Notes: generated from the letters alone by a model not told the origin. Positions 54,976 through 63,188 are shown, counted from the stretch's first letter. The stretch: 64,000 nt of DNA from an uncultured virus (IMG/VR IMGVR_UViG_3300037400_005412) (IMGVR_UViG_3300037400_005412), one strand, 5' to 3'. Made by a program: numbers and translations.

Positions 54976-56061
54976 TCACTTTTGCCCAAGCGCATTTTCC
55001 GCTAAAAGCACATTCTTTTTAGATTTCGCATTACGGCATTCTTTGCATATACTATAAAAGCCATCTTTAGAAGTTTTATTTTTAGAAAAATATTTGTTAT
55101 GTGCTAACTTAATTTGCCCACAACGACTACATTTTTTAAAAACGCCAGGTTCTTCTATTGTAAAATGCCAAGTCAGCCATTCATCTTCAGCAGTATCCGC
55201 AATTAATTTTGGTATTTTATTTCGCCATAATGAAGAAATATATTCCATACTATGTTTAATTCCAAATTCAGTTTGAAGAGCAATTTGAATATCAGTATTA
55301 GGCATTCCATCAATTTTATATTCAACAATTCTTTTATATAAAGGATATTTTTTTAAAGCTTTATCGCATAAATTTTCAAAATCATAAATCATATACCAAG
55401 TGTCATTTTCAAAATTTTCAGAACTATCTTGCTTCAATTTAGAATAATTACATAATATTGCTTCACAAATACTTGGATTTAAAAAAGTAAAACCAGAATA
55501 AGATATTTCACCATTTTTATCTATTGATATTTTGCCATCTAAAGAAACTTTTTGTTTACTATGAATTAATTTGATTGGGACAATAGGTTTACGATAAGCA
55601 TTTTTAATAATATATTGGTCTTTTCGTAATTCTATTAAAGTTCGTTTAATTATATATGCTTCTCGACCAGTCGCAGTTTTTAATTTATCTTCCCAAATTT
55701 TAATGGCTTCTTTTAATTGCTATAAAGGTTGAATTTCTTGAATATCGTTTTTAGTGATTGTTATTTTAGGTTGAAAAATTATATCTTTGTTTTCTGTTAT
55801 TAAATTATATATACCATCTTCACCATTTTCAAATTGAGAGACAAGACCTTCAAAGGAAACTTCTCGTTTATCAACTGTCGCCATTCGATTATCAGTTAGA
55901 ATTTTGCGTTGTTTCTTTTCTTGTTTCTCCATACATAGAACTAGATAATCAGCTAAGATTTCTAAATATCGTTCGCCAGGATCGGGATTATCTTCCAAAA
56001 TCTATTGAACTAATTTATTTCTATCTTCTGGATTTTCAAGAGTATAGTCTAATTTTATCAA
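54976..56061 (-). CDS. Putative transcription factor with HTH (sigma region-4-like) and C-terminal Zn ribbon (TAG=Gln)
   Basis: TTG start with GGAGG RBS; joins 55720-55998 and 54976-55437; IVEYKIDGMPNTDIQIAL...YISSLWRNKI and CSRC...CKEC. Confidence 0.6.
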
Positions 56062-56088
56062 ACTATTACCTCCATTCATTCTATATTT

Positions 56089-56149
56089 ATTCTACCAAAA
56101 AAAATTTTAAATGTCAAATCTTGACAATATAAAAAAAATTTGGTAAAAT
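56089..56149. promoter_or_regulatory. Back-to-back divergent sigma-A promoters
   Basis: Minus TTGACA(56117-56112)-17-TAGAAT; plus TTGACA(56121-56126)-17-TAAAAT; both with TG extension. Confidence 0.8.
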
Positions 56150-56184
56150 ATATTTAGAAAATTTATTAAGGAGATTATAAAAAT

Positions 56185-56439
56185 ATGCAACTTATTAATG
56201 AAAATACAAGTAGAAAAATTGATAGTTTAGGGCGTATTAGTATTCCAAAAGGTATGCGCGATAGGATGGGGATGCCGCAGGACACTGAATTAAATTTTTA
56301 TACTTTGATTACTGATAAAGGAGAATAGATGATTTGTTTGGCGCCGACCACTTTTAGAAGAGATAGATTTTATGTAGCGGCTGAAGTGCTTGATGAACTT
56401 GGATTAGATTTGCCAAAGGAGTTAAGAGCAAAGTTATAA
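56185..56439 (+). CDS. AbrB/MazE/SpoVT-family DNA-binding protein (one TAG)
   Basis: SRKIDSLGRISIPKGMRDRMGM motif; AAGGAG RBS; TAG at codon 48. Confidence 0.8.
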
Positions 56440-56444
56440 TAATT

Positions 56445-56792
56445 ATGATTTATACTAGTTATTTCGGTAATAAAAGTAATTTTCCAGAGGATGCCTATGT
56501 AATTGGCATTACTAGATTTGCTCCTATTGGAATATAGGAAAATTGGGATGTGCTTGCGCCTAGTTCTGAATTATTAATGTAGTTTAAAAATAAAGAAATT
56601 GATGAATTTATATTTAAAGTAAAATTTTTAGAGTAGTTAAAATAGGTTGACAAGAATTATATCATTGAATTGCTAAAGCTGGCTGAAAGCCATTGGGATA
56701 ATGTAATTCTATGTTGCTATGAAAAGAAAGGCGATTTTTGTCATCGACATATTGTAGCCGAATGGTTAGATATTGGAATAGAAGAACTATAA
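56445..56792 (+). CDS. DUF488-like protein (TAG=Gln)
   Basis: MIYTSYF...LAPSSELL...ILCCYEKKGDFCHRHIVAEWL; four in-frame TAG. Confidence 0.8.
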
Positions 56793-57049
56793 TGGTTCTT
56801 CTATTTTTTTGTAATTGGAAATATCGTAATTAGAAATTGAAAATTCATTTCGGAATTTTTTAGGTCATACTATATATATATTATAATAAATAAAAAAAAT
56901 AATCCGAAAACATACGCCCCTTGCCCGCGGTTCGCGCGCACAAAAAAATTTTTTTTCTTTGTGGGGGGGGGGGGGGGGGCACAGGTGCCGGCGATAAATA
57001 TATAAAAAAACCAGACTTAAAGTATAAAAAAATAAAATTATTTTTCTAG

Positions 57050-57162
57050 CTCAGAAAATACCTACTAAGTCTATAGTCCGTGATTTCAAAAGTGCGCTAA
57101 ACGTTTGTTCTTTCTACCCGATAAAAATATACCTCGAAAAATATCTACTAAGTCTGTAGTCC
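57050..57162 (+). repeat. Imperfect 30-bp direct repeat pair
   Basis: CTCAGAAAATACCTACTAAGTCTATAGTCC at ~57050 and CTCGAAAAATATCTACTAAGTCTGTAGTCC at ~57133. Confidence 0.8.
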
Positions 57163-57261
57163 AATTTAAAAAACTTCCATCAATCAAATCATTATGTTAC
57201 CCCGTCAAATAATCCTTCTTTATGCTTCAGCGCATCCTTTTCCATCGGCCTCAGCCGAACT

Positions 57262-57620
57262 TCACTTTAATACACTAAAGCGCAAAAGTGCGACGAAAAT
57301 GTGTTCGCTGCTTTCGCGCGCGCAACGTCCCGAAACCCTGTTCGCTTCTTTGGGGAGGGGAGGGTAGGCCCACACTTTAGCACGTTAAAGCGTTATAGTA
57401 AGCGAGCACCTTTGTTAAAATTTTAACAAACTTTAGCGCATTAAAGCATTAAAGTGTTCCAAATGCGTGTTTGGCGCACTTTAACACGTTAAAGCGTTAC
57501 AGTAAGCGAACACCTTTGTTAAAAATTTAACAAACTTTAACACACTAAATCATTAAGGTGGACGAGCTCCTTTGTTAAAAATTTAACAAACTTTAGCGCA
57601 CTAAACCATCAAAGAGTTTG
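57262..57620. repeat. Cluster of alternating palindromic repeats
   Basis: CTTTA-N6-TAAAG-like units (about six) and TTTGTTAAAA(A/T)TTTAACAAA at 57411, 57515, 57571; ~104-bp tandem duplication 57373/57477. Confidence 0.85.
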
Positions 57621-57851
57621 TCAAACTTGTGTTTGCTTCTTTTGGTTACAAAATAATGACAAAAAATTTTTTAAAAAAACACTTGACAAACCAGGAGTCA
57701 AGTGTTATAATAGAAGTGGCACCTATTAAAAGGTAACAAAATAATGACAAAAAATTTCTAAAAAAAGTAGTTGACAAATAGCGCGTCCGGTGCTATAATA
57801 CAATCAGAAAGAGGGAAGGAAAACCCAACAAACCGGAAAGGAATTAGAAAA

Positions 57852-58007
57852 ATGAAGAATTGGAAAGTCTGGATGCTGGTTGCTGAAAATGGTGAAGTCC
57901 TCGCCCGCGGGCGCAAGCGTGATGTGATGCGGATCGCTTCTACTCGGTATGTTTATCAGCACATCTTTTCTGACAGCCTTTACCAGACTAGCGAGCCCCT
58001 CAACTGA
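57852..58007 (+). CDS. Small early protein, 51 aa
   Basis: MKNWKVWMLVAENG...; own promoter, GAAAGGA RBS and terminator 57994-58019. Confidence 0.75.
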   Translation: MKNWKVWMLVAENGEVLARGRKRDVMRIASTRYVYQHIFSDSLYQTSEPLN

Positions 58008-58065
58008 GGGGCTTTTTTCATCCCCGCAGGTAAGCGAGCACCTTTGTTAAAAATTTAACAAACAT

Positions 58066-58112
58066 GGGCGACCTTTCCCTCCACTCCCGGGTGGACAACC
58101 TCCTGTTGTGGT
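58066..58112 (-). ncRNA. Candidate small RNA, GGA-loop hairpin family (divergent copy)
   Basis: Minus promoter TTGACA(58144-58139)-17-TATAGT, then ACCACAAC-AGGAG-GTTGT-CCACCCGGGAGTGGAGGGAAAG; no ORF. Confidence 0.45.
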
Positions 58113-58268
58113 TATACTATACCATACAGCCCGCTTTTTGTCAAGCAAAAAAATACACAAATTAGATAAAGCCTTTTTGTATAACATTACCTATTGACAT
58201 TTCTCTTGTCCGGTGTTACAATACAATCAGAAAGAGAGAAGAACCCCTAATGTAAAGGAGAAAATAAA

Positions 58269-58469
58269 ATGAACCACATCATTTACACTGACCGATATTT
58301 TGAAAAAAATCTACAGCGTGTAGAAGTTACCTGCCGGAGCAAAGTCTACAAAACATACTATGCGCACAATCCCAGCGGTTTGAAACAGTACGCCCGCGTC
58401 TGGAATAATAGACTCGGCAAGATGATAGACATACGCCTTGACACTGATCTTGTGAAAGTTATTGATTGA
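58269..58469 (+). CDS. Small early protein, 66 aa
   Basis: ORF with promoter 58194 and AAAGGAG RBS. Confidence 0.75.
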   Translation: MNHIIYTDRYFEKNLQRVEVTCRSKVYKTYYAHNPSGLKQYARVWNNRLGKMIDIRLDTDLVKVID

Positions 58470-58617
58470 ATAGCGCGAACCAGCTAAAACCGGACGGCAT
58501 AAACCAGAAAAAACATCCGGGCTTAGCGCGAAAACCGTAGCTTTTTGATAAAAAAGAATTGACAAACAATCGGACGTGTGGTATAATACTCTTAGAAAGA
58601 GACAGGAGGGCAACCCC

Positions 58618-58779
58618 ATGAAATACTACAATGATGCCGATTTCTGCAGGCCCAGCACTGCAGGCGCGAAACTCTTAAAGGTGGAGCGCAACAAGCTCAA
58701 CCCATTGCCAGGCTTGACATTCGTATCAATCGGCTACTGGAAACTCGCAAGCGGCGAAGTGATTGGCATTGTATTCTAA
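58618..58779 (+). CDS. Small early protein, 53 aa
   Basis: MKYYNDADFCRP...; promoter 58559, AGGAGG RBS. Confidence 0.7.
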   Translation: MKYYNDADFCRPSTAGAKLLKVERNKLNPLPGLTFVSIGYWKLASGEVIGIVF

Positions 58780-59053
58780 AAGCTGACAGCCTTTTCTAAT
58801 ACGCAATTCACCGCGCTTCCCGCGAAGGGCCCGAAGCGCAGGTTACAATATAGTGACAATTTTTTACGACAAATTACAGCTTTTTCAACCAGATTGCCGC
58901 ATCCCGAAAGTGTAACAGATTAATGACAGAACAGTACCAAAAGAAAAACATAATTTTTTTTGAAAAAATGCTTGACATTTACCCGGGCTTGTGGTATTAT
59001 AATACCAGAAAGAGGGAAGGAAAACCCAATAAACCAGAAAGGAAAGAAAGACA

Positions 59054-59167
59054 ATGATGCAGTATGGTTACTATGAAGCACACGAGGCAGAGTGGGAAGC
59101 TTGGAACGAGTACGTTGAATGGTTGAACTTTGAGGCCGACATGGCAACGAATCCCTACGATGAATAA
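59054..59167 (+). CDS. Acidic 37-aa peptide (paralog of 61891-61998)
   Basis: MMQYGYYEAHEAEWEAWNEYVEWLNFEADMATNPYDE; promoter 58972, RBS, hairpin over stop. Confidence 0.75.
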   Translation: MMQYGYYEAHEAEWEAWNEYVEWLNFEADMATNPYDE

Positions 59168-59257
59168 TCGTAGGGATTCCAAAAAAAACTATTGACAAAC
59201 CGGACAGAGTATGCTATAATAAATCCAGAAGTTAAGAAAGAAAGGAAGTAAAAAAAA

Positions 59258-59443
59258 ATGAAAGACTTTAACATTAAAATCACTATTATTTCTGCGCTTA
59301 TTATTCTCAGCCTTTTGACTCTTGGAATTATCGCTTGCCTCACTTGCGATGCGCCGACTTGGGAAAAGGTCGCTGGAATAATTCTCCCGGTTGTCCCTGT
59401 TGGCCTTGAAAGCTTTCTGTTTTATACATACATCTGGGATTAA
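59258..59443 (+). CDS. Small membrane protein, two predicted TM helices
   Basis: ITIISALIILSLLTLGIIACL and VAGIILPVVPVGLESFLFY; promoter 59192, terminator follows. Confidence 0.75.
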   Translation: MKDFNIKITIISALIILSLLTLGIIACLTCDAPTWEKVAGIILPVVPVGLESFLFYTYIWD

Positions 59444-59515
59444 GGACTTAAAAAAGTCCTTTTTCTTTTTTTATTTTAGGGCTTGACAAATCGCCCGGGC
59501 AATGCTATAATGTAA

Positions 59516-59561
59516 TCACAGGTTGAGGGAAACCGCACTCGGGCAGGAGAGGGGAGAGACT
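59516..59561 (+). ncRNA. Candidate small RNA, GGA-loop hairpin family
   Basis: Promoter 59483, then ATCACA-GGTT-GAGGGA-AACC-GCACTCGGGCAGGAGAGGGGAGAGAC; no ORF. Confidence 0.55.
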
Positions 59562-59672
59562 ATCCAAAAGGTAACAAAAGAAAAACAAAAAATTTCTAAA
59601 AATAACTCTTGACATTCGTCCGGACTTGTGGTATTATAATACCAGAAAGAGAAAAGAAAGGAAGTAAAAAAA

Positions 59673-60008
59673 ATGAAAAAGACAATAAAGTATGTGGTAG
59701 TAAGACTTACTGTTCCCGAGGATGTCAAGAATTATCATGGCTATTACATTCATACTTATGCTTATAAATCTGGAAATCATGATTCTGTCGTTGAGTATTG
59801 CCACAAGGTAAAAAGCCAAAAGGGTTATAAAAATGGCACAAGCTATAAATGGTATGTAATGACTGAACATCAGGCACTTGAAGAATCTATCAGGCTTCAC
59901 AAATGGCAGGAAGAAAAATTAAACAAGGATTTAGAAAGGCGCTTTCCCATTCGTTATTGTGAACAAACCGCAAGAGAAGAACTTGCCGAAATGATGAGTG
60001 CAAGATAA
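59673..60008 (+). CDS. Early protein, 111 aa
   Basis: ORF with promoter 59609, RBS, and bidirectional terminator 60008-60037. Confidence 0.75.
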   Translation: MKKTIKYVVVRLTVPEDVKNYHGYYIHTYAYKSGNHDSVVEYCHKVKSQKGYKNGTSYKWYVMTEHQALEESIRLHKWQEEKLNKDLERRFPIRYCEQTAREELAEMMSAR

Positions 60009-60075
60009 AAAAGGTTGAGCAATCAACCTTTTTTTTAATGCAAAGAACCGAACACTCTCGCAGGCGGTCCGAAAA

Positions 60076-60104
60076 ATTATACCATACCAGTAGCAAAAAG
60101 TCAA
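60076..60104 (-). promoter_or_regulatory. Antisense sigma-A promoter with no ORF
   Basis: TTGACT-17-TATAAT with TG extension, ~40 nt from the bidirectional terminator. Confidence 0.6.
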
Positions 60105-60223
60105 GAAGAAATTTCGCACAAAATAGCATAAAACTGAACGTCCCGATTTGTGCACTTTGACTATTGACACCGGGCTATTTATTTGCTATAATGAAGCCAC
60201 AAAAGGAAAAGGAGATAAAGAAA

Positions 60224-60532
60224 ATGATCAACATTAGAAGCATCCTAAAACTGGCTGAAAATGACGGCCTGACTCTTAAAGCTGGTAAGCCCATCACTTA
60301 CAAGAGTGGTTGGCAGGTTGCCACCGAGGGCGTAGAGTGCCACACCGCAAGAGAAGCGATCAATGCGGTTAAGGCTTACAGCGGGAACTGTGGCGTGTGG
60401 TTTGCTGGCGGTATCTACTACATTGACAAAAGCCACCGCGTGAACACTAAACGCGAAGCACTGGAAATTGGCAAGACACACAATCAGATTTCTGTGTTGG
60501 GCTGGCGTAAAATGGCTTTAGCGTATTGCTAA
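60224..60532 (+). CDS. Early protein, 102 aa
   Basis: MINIRSILKL...GVWFAGGIYYIDKS...EALEIGKTHNQISVLGW; promoter 60164, AAGGAG RBS. Confidence 0.8.
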   Translation: MINIRSILKLAENDGLTLKAGKPITYKSGWQVATEGVECHTAREAINAVKAYSGNCGVWFAGGIYYIDKSHRVNTKREALEIGKTHNQISVLGWRKMALAYC

Positions 60533-60635
60533 AGCCATTAAAATTTTTTTTGAAAAATTGAAAAAAATGCTTGACATTTTGCCCGGCTTGATATAATATA
60601 CAATCAGAAAGAGAAAAGAAAAGGAGATAATTAAA

Positions 60636-60827
60636 ATGTACATGATTCTTACTGCTGATACCGAAGAGACCATTGCTTCCACCAGATTTGAGGATGTAGC
60701 TAAAGTAATTGCTGATTCACTGCCTATCAAATGCGTTGTTCGGTATGCTGACATGGGCACTACAGTCTATTACAAAGCACCCGGTGCTAACTTCTTCTCT
60801 GCTAACGAAAAGCAGGAAGTGGCCTAA
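60636..60827 (+). CDS. Small early protein, 63 aa
   Basis: Promoter 60571, AAGGAG RBS, terminator with long T-run. Confidence 0.75.
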   Translation: MYMILTADTEETIASTRFEDVAKVIADSLPIKCVVRYADMGTTVYYKAPGANFFSANEKQEVA

Positions 60828-61123
60828 AAAGCCACTTCTTTTTTTTTTTTTTTTTTTTTTGGTATTGACATTTGCGTGCGCATGTGCTATAATAGAATTG
60901 GTGCGTTTCTTTCGTCCAGGGGCTGTGGCGCAGGTTACAATATAGTGACAAATTTTTGCGAGATGTTACAAGAAATTACCCGGACTTGCGGCGTCCTAAA
61001 ACTGGTTACAAAATAATTACAAATCAGTGACAAAAAGTTTTTTTAATTTTTTTGAAAAAATGCTTGACAAATGCGCCCGGCTGTGGTATATTATAATCAC
61101 AAAAGGAAAGGAGATAAAAAGAA

Positions 61124-61345
61124 ATGAAAAAGATGTTTACTTATGACGTGGGTGGTTGGTTGTTCTGGGATACCGAGGCTTTCGGGAATGGCTGGAAAGC
61201 CGCAAAGGAAAAGGCCACCGCTCTCCACAGCGCGATCTATCGCACGGTCTATAATGGAGAGACTGAGCGCCGAGAGGTTTACTTTAAGGCTGGATGTTTC
61301 AATGATGTTAAGTATGCCACCCCTGACAGCGTGATGATTTTCTAA
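61124..61345 (+). CDS. Small early protein, 73 aa
   Basis: Promoter 61064, AAGGAG RBS, hairpin over stop. Confidence 0.75.
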   Translation: MKKMFTYDVGGWLFWDTEAFGNGWKAAKEKATALHSAIYRTVYNGETERREVYFKAGCFNDVKYATPDSVMIF

Positions 61346-61446
61346 GGGATTAAAAAAATCCCTTAGAAAATTTAAAAAATGCTTGACAAACCGGTCAACT
61401 TGTGATATTATAATACCAGAAAGAGAAAGAAAGGAAGTAAAAAAAA

Positions 61447-61635
61447 ATGACTTACACAATTAGCAAGAATTTCAATGGAACTTACTCCATCCACCTTGGC
61501 GCCGACCTCTTTTACTCTTGGATTGATGAAGCGCCCACCTATGAAAAGGCAATAGAACTTGCGAGAACATACGCCGGAGAAAACGGCACAGTCCTCTATA
61601 AAGAAGACCTTTTCAAATCCGCCATTGAAATCTAA
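61447..61635 (+). CDS. Small early protein, 62 aa
   Basis: Promoter 61383, RBS, GCAA-loop terminator. Confidence 0.75.
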   Translation: MTYTISKNFNGTYSIHLGADLFYSWIDEAPTYEKAIELARTYAGENGTVLYKEDLFKSAIEI

Positions 61636-61705
61636 AAAGAGAGCCGCAAGGCTCTTTTTTTATAAAAAGTGCTTGACAAAACGCCCGGGCTATGATACAA
61701 TACAA

Positions 61706-61750
61706 TCACAGGCGGAGGGACGCCCCACGCGGGAAGTCGAGGGGAGAGAC
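61706..61750 (+). ncRNA. Candidate small RNA, GGA-loop hairpin family
   Basis: Promoter 61673, then ATCACA-GGCG-GAGGGA-CGCC-CCACGCGGGAAGTCGAGGGGAGAGAC; no ORF with a start codon. Confidence 0.55.
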
Positions 61751-61890
61751 TGACTTAATAGTTACAAAATGGTAACAAAAAAGTTTTTTCAAAAAAATCA
61801 AAAAAAAGCTTGACAAAATGCCCGGGCTGTGCTATACTACAATCAGAAAGAGGGAAGGAAAACCCCAATAAACCAGAAAGGATGAATAAA

Positions 61891-61998
61891 ATGGAGTTTT
61901 ACAGTATGGAGCAGTTCGAGATCATGGGCGACCTGATGGAAGAATATCAGGAGTGGCTGGACTTTGAAGAGGACATGAAGTCCAATCCTTGGGGCTAA
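61891..61998 (+). CDS. Acidic 35-aa peptide (paralog of 59054-59167)
   Basis: MEFYSMEQFEIMGDLMEEYQEWLDFEEDMKSNPWG; promoter 61810, same leader as paralog. Confidence 0.75.
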   Translation: MEFYSMEQFEIMGDLMEEYQEWLDFEEDMKSNPWG

Positions 61999-62092
61999 AA
62001 AAGCCCCAAGGAAATTAAAAAAGTGCTTGACAAGTAAAACAAAGTATGATATAATAAAGGCATAAAAGGAAAAGAAAAGGAGAATTAAAAAA

Positions 62093-62377
62093 ATGAGTTA
62101 CTTTATGGGAAATGGCCGCGCCGATACTTGCCGCCACAGCGATGAAGCCTACAAGGGCAAGGCGGTTGAAATGATGATTGACGTGCTGGAAGCCCGTGAT
62201 GGTTTTGAACTTCGCAAGGCAAGCGACAGCACCGGCTCGGCGGCAAAGTTCCGCATTTTCTGGGATGGCGAGTGCATCAGCACCGTCTACAATGAAAAGG
62301 AAGCGCGGGCGCTGTTCAATGACTTTGCCCCAGCCCCCAAGCGCAAGGCTGGACGCCCCAAGAAGAATGCCGCATAA
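62093..62377 (+). CDS. Early protein, 94 aa, with C-terminal AT-hook-like motif
   Basis: Ends PKRKAGRPKKNAA; promoter 62027, AAGGAG RBS, terminator. Confidence 0.75.
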   Translation: MSYFMGNGRADTCRHSDEAYKGKAVEMMIDVLEARDGFELRKASDSTGSAAKFRIFWDGECISTVYNEKEARALFNDFAPAPKRKAGRPKKNAA

Positions 62378-62635
62378 GTTCCAAAAGAGAAAGAGTTAAA
62401 AAACTCTTTCTCTTTTCTTTTGTGGGACGTGCGCCGCCCGGGTAAGCGAATCCTTTTAGCTGGAGTTAGCGCCGACTTACCCGACAGGCCCCGAGCTTTA
62501 ACACAGTAAAGTGGTGAAGAATTTTGAGGCGATTTGCTTGTTAAAAACTTAACGATATTTTTTCCGAAAAAGGGCTTGACAAATGCCTCCGGGTGTGGTA
62601 TAGTATAATCACAAAAGGAAAGGAGATAAAGAAAA

Positions 62636-62794
62636 ATGAAACGTGAACAGTATTACAAGAACAAGAGAACAGGCGAGCACACCGAAAGCCATAAACAAGC
62701 CATGGAATGGTATCGGGCAAAGGATGAGATCGAAGTCTGGTATTATTCCGAAGTGTGCGGCGAATGGCTGTGCGGGGTTGAGTGGGTTTGGTAA
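62636..62794 (+). CDS. Small early protein, 52 aa, Trp-rich
   Basis: MKREQYYKNKRTGE...GEWLCGVEWVW; promoter 62576, AAGGAG RBS, terminator over stop. Confidence 0.75.
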   Translation: MKREQYYKNKRTGEHTESHKQAMEWYRAKDEIEVWYYSEVCGEWLCGVEWVW

Positions 62795-62857
62795 AAATCC
62801 ACTCAACTTTTTTTGAAAAAGGGCTTGACAAATCGCCCGGGCTGTGATACTATACAA

Positions 62858-62903
62858 TCACAGGCGGAGGGACGCCCCACGCGGGGAGCCGAGGGGGGAG
62901 AGC
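62858..62903 (+). ncRNA. Candidate small RNA, GGA-loop hairpin family
   Basis: Promoter 62825, then ATCACA-GGCG-GAGGGA-CGCC-CCACGCGGGGAGCCGAGGGGGGAGAG. Confidence 0.55.
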
Positions 62904-63011
62904 GCGCTAAAAGTTACAAAAGAATGACAAAAAATTTTTTTGAAAAGTGCTTGACAAGTCCGGACATGTATGCTATAATGTAGTCACAAAAGAGAAAAGG
63001 AGATAAAAAAA

Positions 63012-63188
63012 ATGACTTACGAAGAAATGTACGATCTGCTGGCCGATGTTCTCGGAATTGATGAAAATGCCCTTGATCTGGCTTTTGCCATTGGCGGATG
63101 TAACGAAGAAACCGCCGAAAGAATTTTGTTCTACTACACTGGCTGGCATTCCTTTGAGGGCTGGCTGGGCGAACAGGAAGAGGACTGA
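63012..63188 (+). CDS. Acidic early protein, 58 aa
   Basis: MTYEEMYDLLADVLGIDENALDLAF...GEQEED; promoter 62951, RBS, terminator. Confidence 0.75.
   Translation: MTYEEMYDLLADVLGIDENALDLAFAIGGCNEETAERILFYYTGWHSFEGWLGEQEED

Noticed and set aside
38240..55276. Plus-strand ORFs such as 38240-38698, 45218-45634, 46957-47175, 52392-52727
   Set aside because: Antisense shadows of well-supported minus-strand genes, without RBS or recognisable motifs
1..56061. Fragmented ORFs read as pseudogenes of a decayed prophage
   Set aside because: Breaks examined are all in-frame TAG with no frameshifts; RBSs and TAA/TGA ends are intact
57262..57620. CRISPR array
   Set aside because: No regular repeat-unique spacer periodicity and no cas genes in the window
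60839..60860. Long poly-T run as a special element
   Set aside because: It is the U-tract of a terminator; homopolymer length may be a sequencing error
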